Positions 26,836 to 39,830 of a stretch of DNA of 64,000 bases are shown piece by piece. A program made the translations under genes and the position numbers. The stretch is from Lama glama (taxonomy: Eukaryota): the NCBI GenBank assembly GCA_028534125.1, contig CM052817.1, positions 55,244,001 to 55,308,000 of the forward strand, given 5' to 3'. Under the pieces are notes generated by a model. That model saw nothing but the letters and a program-made list of their open reading frames with translations, searched no databases and was not told where the DNA came from. Position 1 is the stretch's first letter; every line of letters starts with the position of its first letter.

Positions 26836-28560
26836 ATTATAGGATATTTTAACTTTCTTTATTGTGAATTTTTTTTAACCTGTGTGCTCTGGATCTGAAT
26901 TCCCTGAATTGACTTATTTCTGTCTACTTGTCATCCTTTTGATATTCTGAGAATACAAGGATAGTTTAAATCCCTTGGATTTCTTAGAGTAGCTGATGAA
27001 GATGTATGTCTGATAAATACGTTGATTGTCATGATTATTTCCTAGGCAGTGCTTTCAACTTCTACCTCTCCTACAGGAGGTGGATGTAATACTGTTTAAT
27101 CATTTAAGAATCACCACTGTTCTATTATTTTGTCTGACGTGAGCTGATTGTATTACATGATATCAGTATACAGATTTATTCATAGTACTATAGTATTTTT
27201 GTTTATAACAATCCATCAACATTAGTATTTCTTGGCTTATTAATTTCTTGATTTATTATATATTTAATAATACTATTACACTATAATGGTATTAAATACA
27301 TGATATTTTAGAGAGATATTGAAACTGACAGGAAATAAGACGAATTATGGAGAGAGAAGCAAGATGGCAGAGTAGAAGAACGCTCGTAGCTCACCCTCTC
27401 CCGCAAATACACCAAAACTCAAATCTGTGGACCCACTCAGCAAACCAGAGCTCCTGCGGAATTCCGACAGAACATCGCCCTCTTCCAAAGACAAAGACAC
27501 CAAAAATAGGGTAGGAGAAAAGGAAAAAAGAAAGAAGCAAAAGCAAAACAATGTGGGACCGGTCCTGCAGGGAGGGAGCTGCAAAGGAGGAATAGCACTC
27601 GTTCACTGGGTCTGGGTCTACCCCCTCCAATGGAGAGGCCAGCAGGATGGAGAGGGAGCCTCCGAGGCTCAGATATGCCCCGAGCAGCCCTTGACTGACA
27701 GATCTAAGTTAAACGGGCACAAAGGGTCCCCATGACACCCAGCCCAAGATGCGAGCTGACAGCCTGGAGCGGGGATAGGCTGTCCAGGCTGGGCGGAGGA
27801 CTGGGCGGCTGCACTGAGGCATCCCCAGGGGACTGCAGGGTGCTACGCACCATGGCTGGGAAGGGATACAGAGCAGAACAACCTCGGTCCCCCATAAATT
27901 GTGAAGAAAGCAAAGCAACATGGCTGGTGTGCCCTGAAGGGAGGGGCACTGTAGCCTTTGTCTCCTCAGACCCGTGGCACCATTACTGGAGCTTCTCGTG
28001 AGAAGAGAGGTGGGGTGCAGCCACAGCGCCATCTCCTCATGTGTGCAGTGCCCAGGTTGGGGCGGGGCCGAGACCTGAATCCGCAACGGAGGGCTCCACA
28101 ATCTCCTAGGCAGGACTGAGACTTGTTTATAGCCCGAGGCATAGAGGATCTTTCTGCCCTGGCACCTCAGAGAACTCGTGCTGCCAAGACAAACATGAGC
28201 TGAGATTTGGCATGGAGCAGGGGTGGGGCTGTTCCGTAGTCTTCCCTGAGCCCGCCTACAGAGCGTGGACCTGAGGTGGAGCAGGCAGCTGCACAGAGCA
28301 GCAGACTGCAGCTGCTGGGAGAGGGTGGGCAGCAACCCGCCTTCCTGGCAGGAACGCAGCACCTGAACACGGTGCTGGGAGGGGATGCAATCCACCCACC
28401 TGCCTCGCTTGAGTGCAGCATCTGACTGCGGCATCAGGAGGGGGAGTGACCCGCCCACCCACCGGTTTTATTCCTGCATAGGCTTTAGGTAGATAAATAA
28501 ACTCCTTAAGGACCACAATAGATAACTGATACTCCTCAAGCTTCACAGTGCCAGAGAGAT

Positions 28561-29459
28561 ATGAGCAATATGAAGCAGAGGAACCACTTCCAATTAAAAG
28601 ATCAAGAGAAATCCTTTGAAAGCACAATCAAGAAAATAGACATTGATAGCCTCCTAGTTCAAGATTTCAAAAAAGGAGTGATCAAAGTACTAGAGGAACT
28701 AAAAGAAATAGTGTTTAGAGATCTAAAATATGTCAAAAATGAAATAGAAGCTATAAAGAAGAACCAAGAATTAGTAAACTCATTTGCTGAGATGAGAGCT
28801 GACCTAAAGGCTGTACATAAGCAGGCTAGATCATGCAGAGGAATGAGTAAGTGACCTGCAAGACAGGACAACAGAAAGCACCCAATCAGAACAGCTGAAA
28901 GAAAAACAAATAAAAAAACTATGAAAACAATATAAGGGGCCTATGGGATAATATAAAGCATGCCAATCTATACATAATAGGGATTCCAAAAGGGGAAGAA
29001 AGAACAAAGGGGACTGAAAAGGTATTTGAAGAAATCATGTCTGAAAACTTCCCAAACCTAAAGAAGGAATCAGATATCCAAGTACAGGAGGCTCAGAAGG
29101 TCCCAAACAGGAAGAACCCAAACAGACCCACACCAAGACATATCATCATCAAGATGGCCAGAGTCAAGGATAGAGAACTGATCCCAAAGGCAGCAAGAGA
29201 AAAACAAATACTGAGTTACAAGGGAACCCCCATAAGGCTCTCAGCTGATTTCTCTACACAAACACTACAGGCCATAAGGGAGTGGCAAGATATATTCAAA
29301 GTCCTGAAAGAAAAAAAGCTGCAGCTTAGGATACTCTATCCAGCAAGGCTATCCTTTAGAATAGGAGGAGAGAGAAAGAACTTCACAGACAAGCAAAAAC
29401 TAAAAGAGTTTAGCAACATTAAACCCATGCTAAAAGAAATATTGACAGGTGTACTCTAA
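28561..29459 (+). pseudogene. L1 ORF1p (coiled-coil/RRM/CTD), disrupted
   Basis: MKQRNHFQLKDQEKS... then LWDNIKHANL...IIGIPKGEE...MSENFPNL...PTPRHIIIKM...YKGTPIRLSADFS...ILYPARLSF. Frameshifts at ~28820 and ~28915 plus an in-frame TGA ~28844. Confidence 0.93.
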
Positions 29460-29600
29460 ATAGAAAAGAAGCAGGATGCTACGAAAATGAGAAACTCATA
29501 ACTGGAAAGGAGATAACTGCCATGAATTACAAGAAGAATAAACACAAAATTATAAAAGAAGACATCTAAATCATTAAGAGTGGGAGAGGGAAGCAAGGAA

Positions 29601-29973
29601 AGCCACTGTGGAAAACAGTATGGAGATTCCTCAAAAGACTAGGAATAGACTTACCATATGACCCAGGAATCCTGCTCCTGGGCATATATCCAGAAGGAAC
29701 CCTACTTCCAAATGACACCTGCACCCCAATGTTCATAGCAGCACTATTTACAATAGCCAAGACATGGAAACAGCCTAAATGTCCATCAACAGATGGCTGG
29801 ATTGAGAAGCAGTGGTATATTTATACGATGGAATATACTATTCAGCCACAAAAACCGACAACATAATGCCATTTGCAGCAACATGGATGCTCCTGGAAAA
29901 TATCATTCTAAGTGAAGTAAGCCAGAAAGAGAAAGAAAAATACCATTTGAGATCATTCATATGTGGAATCTAA
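29601..29973 (+). pseudogene. C-terminal ~120 codons of L1 ORF2p only (no EN or RT domain)
   Basis: Translates [30 protein letters not shown]...[23 protein letters not shown]...ILSEVSQKEKEKYH...ICGI*, with one frameshift near 29835. Confidence 0.93.
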
Positions 29974-32900
29974 AAAAAAAAAAAAGAACATAAATGCAGA
30001 ACAGAAACAGACTCATAGACATAGAATACAAACTTGTGGTTGCCAAGGGGACGAGGGGGTAGGAAGGGACAGACTGGGATTTTAAAATGTAGAATAAACA
30101 AGCTTATACTATATAGCACAGGGAAATATATACAAGATCTTGTGGTTAGCTCACAGCGAAAAAAATGTGACAATGAATATATATATGTTCATGTATAACT
30201 GAAAAATTGTGCTCTACACTGGAATTTGACACAACATTGTAGAATGACTATTACTCAATAAAAAAATGTTAAAAGAATAATAATAAAACCAACCAAACAG
30301 TAACAACAACAACAACAAGACAAATTATGAATGTTTAAAATATTTCAAATACATTTATAACATATAATAGAAAAATATATAGAATATGTTTAGCATTTAA
30401 AGCATTGATTTTTAAGTAGAGTATGTTTGCGTATATTCTGTCCATATGTGCAAAAATGATAATGCTTATATCGTCTTCAAAAGGTAGTAGACCATGGGCT
30501 TTCTATAGGAAATGAATTAATGGGTCCATTGTGCATGAAATCCCATTTTGTTAAGTGAAATAAGACCATCAGTCTTTATTGATCTTGTTGCTTTAAGATT
30601 GGTTATGCCTCCTGGTTTCCTTTTATCTAATCAACACTATTATGTGAATATAGAAAAATAGTCTAGAAAACTGGTGATGATGAATTGTCTTAAAATTAAC
30701 TTCAGATTCAAACTGTCCCCAAACATCCTACCATAAATATATCCTTACTTAATCTAAATATTGAAAATAATATAGTAATTAGGAAGGAATGAAGAAATAA
30801 AGTAGTGCCTGATCATGTAAAAGCAAATGAACTGGATTGAATTTTACAGGATTGAATTTTCATATCAGGGAATCTACATGGGGAAACATTTAAGTTATTG
30901 AGTACATGAAAATTAATTACACATGCTCTCACACACAAACATACAGACATGGTCTATATATATCTTTTCAGGCCTTAACAGACTAAAATAAGAAGAGAAT
31001 TTTAATGACTTTTCACTTTATACTCAAAAAGTGATAAAAGGTATTGTTGAATGTGAAAACCTGGCTTGCTCATAATCATATGCCTTTTCTAAAATCATGT
31101 AAACTTATGGAAACAATCATTAGGAGACACTTTTTGTGACTCACTTAGCTGACTATAACATGAAAATGCATGGTTTCTTTACAACTATTTTTCTTTCTAA
31201 AAATATGAATATATACACACACATATACATACATAAATATATACATACACATGTGTATGTTTATAATCTAAGGAATTACCCTATCATATCAGGAGAACGG
31301 AAAGGTCACTATACTGGTTATTTTAAAAGACATACTTCGAAGACAGTATTTATCCTACCCCAGTTTTGAGAAGGAACAACGAAATAGGACAAAGTACAAT
31401 AGGCATAGTTTGAACCCTCCTTATAGTAAATGATCAGGATAACACACCTCTTTTATTGGGTTATTATTATTCCTCTTAAAGCTACTTTCAGTAGTCATCT
31501 TTGTATGTTGCTGTTAAACCAATTTAGCTGTCAAAGCTTTGTTATAACGTGGTATCGTTAATTTAACCTTTCGACAAATGTATTGCAACAAACTTGGCAG
31601 GATCAACAATTTCCATAGCAAAACTCATGGGGAATGAAGAATGATGAATCTGATTTTGTCTTAGTATCAACACAACATCTTGATAGTTAACTAGTAACTA
31701 AATTAAATATTATACTTCTATAGCATTGAGTAGAGAAGTATTTTGAAGAAGACTTTATATTTCAGAAATTCAGTTTTTGTTTTTACTAAATTGCCCTTCT
31801 ATGATTTTCTTTATTTCTCTACTAATTTTAGCTAATAGATCTAATTTAACTCTAAATTGTTGAATGTTTTGTAAACATTATGCAGAATCTTAGAAGTGAG
31901 CGACCAAAAGAGACACCTGAAAAACTAGTCAAAAAATTGTTTTATATTTTGTGAGGTATGGTTATTTTTCCAAGGTGCAGTTAAAATAACTTTAATTCCT
32001 ATTATCAATTTCAGTTGTGAATGTGCTTTTGAATCTAAATATTGTATATATTTTCACTTCAATATAACATTTATATAAGCATGTGCTTTAGTTTTATTTC
32101 CAAGGGATTTTATGTATAGAGAAGATTAGATAAAATATAAAGGTAATATTATAGAAAAATAATAAATCCAGTGTTAATTTTGACAAATGGATATCTTCAG
32201 AATATTTCATTTATCATTATTAACATTAGATATTATAAGCCTGAGAAAATCTTTATAATATTGGTTATGCTACACTATTAACTCTGAAATACTTGCTATA
32301 TAACCATCAAGCATACTGTAGAAACCTGAAATCCTTAATTTTTAAAGTCAAATATATACTGTTACTTGTCTATCAAATAAGAATGGAAATAACATTAGGT
32401 AACACTATTTAATTAGCAAAGTTGATTCTAAAAGTTAACTACTTTTCTCAATTCACTTTACTAAAAAAATACCTATTTAATAGGTATTTATCTTTATTGT
32501 TTATTATATTCTCATTTTATAAATTATGCAGAAGTTTCTCTAGGCAAAAATAAGATTAATTTTCACTTTATGAATTTACTTTTCTACAGAAATACCCATA
32601 TATGTGACTTACAGGCCAACAAATAAATATCTATAGATCTTGGGGGAAAAGTTTTTTAAATCTAAGGTCCAGAAAATTTTTAATGGATTAAAAAACATTT
32701 TTACTTAATGGTTGTTCACAATTAAATTTGATGTTTCCTCAAGTCATGTTCTTCATGACAATTGAAAACTTATTCTTTTATAGCACTTTCTTTTATGTGT
32801 ATACATTTTTTGGGACTTGTCTTGTTGCAAAAGAAATGCTCCTTTATCCGAATGAGTGTATGCATTACTGACTTACATAATAAGAGTATAAGGGTAGGTA

Positions 32901-34766
32901 TAGCTTCAGGTGGGGATTTTTTTTCAGGACTCAAATGGGTCACAAGAATCCTTTCCCAAGTTTTGCATTTTTTACCCAAAAGTCCTGGGTTTAAATCATC
33001 ACAATATCCAGTTTACAATGTAAGGGAGGATCTGATGACTTACACACAATTCTTCCCTCTTAATTGCCCTGAATTAGGCACATACCAATCCCTGAGCTGA
33101 TCTCTGTAGCCCCAAAATGGAATGACTTGATGGATTTACCATCTATCACGTATTACTCCCTGGGCTTCTAGGGGTACTGTCAAATTTATCCACAGGATAT
33201 GGATTAAGAGAATAGTAATCAGTGATAGCAGAATTAAATGATCAGGAGGATGAAAGATTCCAGGAGACAGTGACAATAGATAGCTCAGACAGTGTTGATT
33301 TTCATTTTTTATATGACTTGAGGAGATTAGGTTAAATATCAATGCTTGGTCATAAATCAGTATGTATAATTCAAGTTCCAATTAAGGAATTAGAACAACT
33401 TTTTATTGATCTGTGGTAAAGACATTAAATACACATGCCATGTGCAAGGACTAAACACATTTTACTTTATTATTAAAATATTAAGGTCCTTTCGAAAGTA
33501 GAAATAGACCATAATTCCCCTATTGTACTCATCTCTCAGCTTCAGCTTTTAACAATTGATAGCAAATCATGTTTTATCTCTATGCCATAGCTGTTCTTTC
33601 CTATTTCAACATCACTGGACAGTTTTCATTAAAAGTCGTAATGTAACTTCATTACATAAATTATGTAATTTGGACTATAAGAGTAGCGGATCTTTCACCT
33701 TTAGGGAATTTAAAAATATTTAAATATTGTTATTGAATACTCATAATTAATATTGAACAAGGTTGGAAATAGTTGATATATCTTATATTTTACTATAGTC
33801 TTTATTAAATGCAATCTACTCTAATTTCTGATCATGAAACATTTAAACTGAAAAGACAACAAACAACATTAATATTTACTTCCTCTATATGTCTCACTTT
33901 TGTTAATGAATTTGGAGACTTAATGTCTAGAATAAATAAATATTGCCAAATTGTTAGAAGATGCTGTTTATATTTATTTAAGAGGTAACATTTACAGCTT
34001 AAATATATGTGCATTGTGATTGCTTGGAATCTTTAAATATTTATTTTGAAAACTTAAAATACTTCATCTTTCTTACATATAAAATGGTTATTTTGAATTG
34101 GAGATAAATTTTAATCTCAATTAGTCATGGAGTCCTAGTAAAGCCCTATAAAGTCTCTTAGCCTGTGGCTAGTCTTCTAATTGAGGAGTATTATGTTTAC
34201 CTTGTTGAAATGTTTGTAGAACTAAGAATATATGTAGAACCTAGAAAAGCATCTACTTTAAAGCAGTTTATAAAACAATTTTTTTCAAAATATAGTTGAG
34301 TAGAATATTTGAAGTCCATTAAAATACTAAGTAAACAATATTTATTTATTATCTAAATCTTCATGATATCTACATCTAAACTGGGATTGATGCATTAAAA
34401 TAGGCAGGACTGGGTGGAGAAAAAAAATGGAGAAAATAGCAGTGCTGAAATTGATCAGAGTTCTACTAAGAGGGCTAACATTTTCTAATTTTCCACAGGC
34501 TATTTGATTTGGAAATTCTTTAGTGTAAATTGTAAACATGAAATTGTTTCTGCTTGCAGTTCAGCTTCTCCCAGTGTGAAACTCAACCATATGCAATATT
34601 TCATGAAATTATTTTAAATATTTTTCAACAATGAGAACAACAAAGGGAAGAGCCATGAAAATAAAAGCATCAGTTGCTATAAATATATTTGCAAATATGA
34701 CTCATGATACTCAATCAATAGAAATGCATTCATAAATATCAAGAACTGGAAGTGACATTAATTTTT

Positions 34767-34969
34767 TTATTGAAGTATAGTCAGTTACAGTATGTCAATT
34801 TCTGGTGTACAGCATAATGTTCCAGTTGTACATATATTTACATATGTTCATTTTCATACTCTTTTTCATTATAGATTACTACAAGATATTGAATATGGTT
34901 TCCTGTGCTATGCAGAAGAAATTTCTTTGTGTCTGTTTTATATATAGTAGTTAATATTTGCAAATCTCA
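34767..34969 (-). mobile_element. 5'-truncated L1 3'UTR insertion with long TSD
   Basis: ttattgaagtatagtcagttacag...ttcctgtgctatgcag is the artiodactyl-type L1 3' end. TSD aagtgacattaattttt at 34750-34766 and 34970-34986. Confidence 0.88.
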
Positions 34970-35348
34970 AAGTGACATTAATTTTTATTGCAACAATCTA
35001 ATTTTATCAGTTTTAAACTCCAAAGCTCAGAGAAATTATCTTACCCTCATCCCTGTCTCTAGTATATGGTAGAAACTGCAATCAGTGGATTAACTAAAAT
35101 AAAACTGTTTTCCTAACAGGTACAGTACAACCATTTACAATGAGAATAACATTGTCAATGTTGCAGAAATGTTGTTATACTCAAATGAGTTAGGACATGC
35201 TTAGCAGAGTGTCCTGCTAATAGGAAAATCTCAATACACATTAAAGTTGGTGATGGAGATGATGATCAAAAAGATGAAAACTGAGAAACAATAACATCAC
35301 AACAGGAATCCCCCTGCTCGTGTGCTCCATCAGTGTACTTGATGCCTA

Positions 35349-35800
35349 TGTGGTAAATTGCTTCGTGGCCACAAATTTCTTCCAGCCCAGTATGCATGGC
35401 ACTTTGTAATGTGGCATTGCTGGTCCAACCGCAGGGCAGGCATTGTGATTTTCTTTTGCTCAACTAAATGTGATGGAACGAATACTGTGTGAGTTCTGGA
35501 GTCTAGGCCTCGAGACCCCCTTGAGTCAGCCTCCAGATTTGCCATCTTTAACATTTCCCTGAGATGGCCACGTATGGAAGGCCACAAGCTTGATGGAAAA
35601 TGTGAGGCCACATGGTGTACCAAATAACAGCCAGTTCCATCCTTCATTGTGATTGTGTCCATCTTATATTTTCTATTCCAGCCAATCCTCCAGGTGACCA
35701 CAGTCACTCAGCCAATGAAACAATTCATGAGAAATATTTTCATTGTTGTATAAACCATTAAGTTTTATGGCAGTGTGATATATAACAATAGATAATAGAG
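35349..35800 (+). mobile_element. MLT1 (MaLR) LTR
   Basis: tgtggtaaattgc...gtgtgagttctggagtctaggcctc...ttgttgtataaaccattaagtttt...aacaatagataa. Confidence 0.75.
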
Positions 35801-36224
35801 ATGAGAACCTTGATTTTTATTAACTTTATTTTAAACAGAAAATTATGTTTACCTTTTCTAAATAACAATGAAAGAGAAGAGAACTGAATAAAATTTTGTG
35901 TTTTCAGCAAAATATTTACTTATTTACTCTGTATTGGTACTCTGGCATGGATATGAATCAATAGTAATAAATATATACAGTGTAACACTTTATGATGATT
36001 ACTATTTACAACTAAAAATGTAAGTGAATTCAACTTAAATGGATTTCTACTATGTCTTTTTTTATGGCAAAAAGAATTGAAATGTATTACAGAAATGTAA
36101 AGGATAGTTAACAGTATACATTATGTAACACTATGTAAACATTTTATTAGCTAAACAATTTATTACTGCATATCAAGTATTGATGTTATTTAAAAAACTC
36201 CATAATATGGTGGTGAAACCTTTT

Positions 36225-39220
36225 TAACATAAATATTTTATTTTAGAACAACTTTCAATTTACAAAGAAATTGTGGATATGGCATAGTGTTATATGACTC
36301 ACCCCCATTTTCCTCTATTATTGATGTTGTATGTATGATTATGTCTTATATATCAACATACTGTATATAATGTATATTATAATGTATAAGAAATGTAAAT
36401 TATGTTCATAATTTATGCTGCTTACAACTAATGAACCAATGTTGATATATTAAGCAAAGTCCATACTTTATTGAGACTTGATTAGTTTTACCTAATTCCT
36501 TTTTTGTATTCTAACATTTTATTCAGGATACCACATTACATTATTCCCTATGTCTCCTTAGGCTTTCTGCCTGTGAGCTTGTGATAATCCCTTAGAATTT
36601 TGTTGTCTCTGAAGTTTCAAGGAGTACTGTTTAGGTATTTTGTAGACTCTCCCTCAGTTGGAATTGCTCTGATATTTTCCTTATGATTAGTCTAGGGTTA
36701 TGTGTTTTTAAAAGGAAGATCGCAGGGGTAAAGTGACATTTCATCACATATCGAGAGAAAATGCTCTCAAGATGACATATCGCTGTAGCTGGTAAACTTG
36801 ATCACCTGGCTGAGACTGTGTTTTTCAGTTTTCTCACTGCAGTGTTACTCCCCTTCCCCGCAACATCCTTGTGCCCTTTCATACTGTACTCTTTGAAAGG
36901 ACGTCAAAATGCACAAATTTAAGGAGAGGATAATTATGCTCTCCTACCTTGAGGGCAGAATATCCACACAAGTTATTTGAAATTCTCCTGTGCTAGTGAG
37001 GTTTGTTTCCTCTGCCTCATTCATTCATTCAATCATTATGACCCTCAGTATGGACTTGTGTATTTATTTTATACCTTGGGTTATAATCCAATACTGCTTT
37101 ATTAATGTTGCTCAAATTGCCTCAGCTTTGGCATTAGGAAATCTTTCAGCTGGCTTCTGTGTCCCTGTAACATACCCACATCAACATAGGGTTTTTGGGT
37201 TTTTTGTTTGTTTTGTTTTTTGAGTACTATCTTACTTTCTGGCACTACAAGACACTCCAGGCTCATCTTGAATATTTCCTGCCTCAGTCCCAGAATCAAC
37301 CATTCTTCCAAGGAACCCTGCTCCCTTTTGTTGAAGATGGTTATTAGAAACCAAGATGTGGGCTCTAGGTGTGGTTGTGGTTACCTTCAGGCCCTCTCAG
37401 GTGACAGTGCAAGGAAATAAATATATGTGTATATACTAACCTGTGCATAGGTATATATATATAAATAAAATGTTACCTTTTTTCTCTATTCAACTAAAAA
37501 TGAATTCATATTGGTATCACCAAGTCTAACTCATTTCCACATGAATTATTCAAGCCTTTTTTCATTTCTTACTTGTAAGTAACTACCACTTCGATAGTGA
37601 AACAGTGGCTCTCATCATCCATCATTCATTTACAACCAGTTACACAATACAGACAATCCCTGGCCTAGCATGGTGAAAATGATGCTCATTTAGTAGAAAA
37701 GTACTTTGAATTTTGATTTTTTCCTAGGCTGGCGATATGCGGTAGGATACTCTCTGTGATGCTGGGCAGTGAGCCATACCTCCCAACCAGCCATGAGATC
37801 ACAAGCATAAACAACCGATACAGTTACAAACATCCTGTATCCATACAACCATTGGAATTTTCACTTTAAGTATGCTATTCAATTACATGAGCAATTTAAC
37901 AACTTATTATAAAATAAGTTTTGTGTTTGATGATTTTTCTAAACTGTAGGCTAATCTAACCGATCTGAGCATGTTTAAGGGAGGTGAGGCTCAACTGTGA
38001 TGTTTGGTAGGTTAGATGTATTAACTGCATTTTGACTAAATATTTTCAACTTGCAAACGGTTTATAGAGATGTTACCCATTGTAAGTTGAGGAAGATCTG
38101 TATATGTATAGTTGGATCTGAATTGTTAACTTGTACCCTTATGGGAAATAGGTTTACAGACTAAAGTACAGTGGTTATGACCAAATATTTTAATTTATTT
38201 ATAGCCATTAGTCTTATCGATTCAACTCATTCCACATTACTTAGACTTAAGTCTGCATCTTTTCACCATCCCATTCAGTATGGTTGTTTCATATAATTTG
38301 TAATAGTTATATTATTTTGTAACATACTGCATTGCATTCTAGGATCCCCCAACCTCCTCAATTTTTTTAAATGTTGTATACCTAACTCTTTAGAGTTATA
38401 TGGACTTTGACCATAATGAAATATATCAATCATTACAGTGTCAAATAGAATAGATCCACTACCATAAAATAATCTTATTTTATCAATACAACCATCCCCC
38501 TTCCCTCAAACCCCTGATGACTTCTTATGTGATTATCATTTTTTATTATTTCAGAATCTCATGTAATTGAAATCCTGCAGTATGTAGCATTTTCTGACTT
38601 GGTTCTTTATCTTAGCAATATGCACTTAAGATTCAACATGTCTCTTTGTGAATTGAGAACTCATTTTTTAAGTCATTGACCTTTTTTACTATTCCATCAC
38701 TTAGATATACATCCTATACAATGGAATATTATTTATCCTTTCAACTACTGAAGGGCATTTTGGTTAACTTCAATGTTGACTGATTATAAATAAAGCTGCT
38801 ATAGATACCCACATGCCAGTTTGTGTGTCAGAAGTTTCAAATCTGTTGGATGTATACTCAGGAACATGGTTGCTAAATTGTAGGCTAAGAGCATATTTAT
38901 TTTTGTAAGAAATTGCCAAAGTGGTTATTCCATTTTTATATTTAGATCAGAAAACAATGAGAGTCCCTTTTCCTCCACAATTTAGCTAGTGATTGGTAAT
39001 ATAATTTTTAAATTTTCTTTTAGCTATTCTACTAGGTTTATAGTGGTATCTTACTATTTCAATTTACATTTCCCTAATGAAAAATATTATCAGGGAGGGG
39101 TAATGAGCATCTTTAGGGAAAAAAATGAGCATCTTTTCGTATGCATATTTTCTAACTGTAAATCTTCTTTGGTGAAGTATCTGTTGAAGTTTTCTTGTTT
39201 TTATTTTAACCCATGTTAAT
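36225..39220 (-). mobile_element. L1MC/L1MD-type 3' region, interrupted by MER47
   Basis: Long reverse-strand L1MC/MD 3'UTR motifs (ttctggcactacaagacactccaggctcatcttg...cctcagtcccagaatcaaccattcttccaaggaaccctg) continuing into ORF2-end motifs. Confidence 0.8.
37650..38100 (-). mobile_element. MER47/Tigger5-type TcMar DNA transposon
   Basis: TA-flanked cagac...gatctg. Internal gtaggctaat...tctgagcatgtttaagggaggtgaggct...ggtaggttagatgtatta and cccattgtaagttgagga. Confidence 0.85.
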
Positions 39221-39349
39221 AGCTTTTTTTGGTCATCCTATTTTTGATTTTTATGTTTCTTATTTGAAACAGGAGGTTTTGAGCTATCTGGAGTGGGAGA
39301 AGTGGACTTTCATGGGTGGGAAAAGTCTGTGAAATCTTTTCTCCTGGAG

Positions 39350-39830
39350 ATTAAGCATTTGCTTTTAGGAATATTCTGCCCATTTTATAGTGCTCTCCTT
39401 CCCAGTCCATGAGGGAGCAGGGAAGAGGAATTTTCTTTGCTCTTTACCACATATGCTTATGAAGTTACTCAAAGTAAAACCAATGAATCTGTGAGATAAA
39501 ACCCACAAAATTGTGGGGAACTGCCTACCCCAGGAGTTTCTCACTCTCATACTAATCCACACTCAGGCTCCATCAAGTTGTTAAATTCCCATTTAAGTCG
39601 TCTTCTCAGTTTATGGCTCTAGCGGCTTCTGCTTCAGGTTAGCAGATCTATACTGTGACTCCAGATTTGAGTCTTCCTTCAGAATTTGTGACGTTCATTG
39701 GTTCTGTGATCATAGTTCTTTGAGAAGTCCAAGAAAATTTGTTGAATTTCAGTAATTTTTAGTGTTGTAAGGACAATTTTGAAAACTTGAGCTCTTTACT
39801 TATTATAGCTGAAATCAGAACTCTAATGTT
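39350..39830 (-). mobile_element. Old L1M 5' region fragment
   Basis: ccccaggagtttctcactctcatactaatccacactcagg...ggcttctgcttcaggttagcagatc, similar to the motifs near 14200-14420 and 20840-20920. Confidence 0.65.

Larger units (their letters stand above)
27350..30316 (+). mobile_element. Camelid L1 with complete 5'UTR, ORF1, ORF2 C-terminal remnant, 3'UTR and A-rich tail; large internal deletion
   Basis: 5' end gagagagaagcaagatggc (YY1-like), GC-rich 5'UTR, ORF1, junction at ~29600/29601 to the ORF2 C-terminus, AATAAA 30257-30262, A-rich tail. TSD aagacgaattatg (27337-27349) / aagacaaattatg (30317-30329). Confidence 0.95.

Noticed and set aside
27709..28458. 249-aa minus-strand ORF, the longest in the window
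   Set aside because: Lies wholly in the GC-rich L1 5'UTR, starts at GTG, has no recognisable domain, and long stop-free frames are expected at this GC content.
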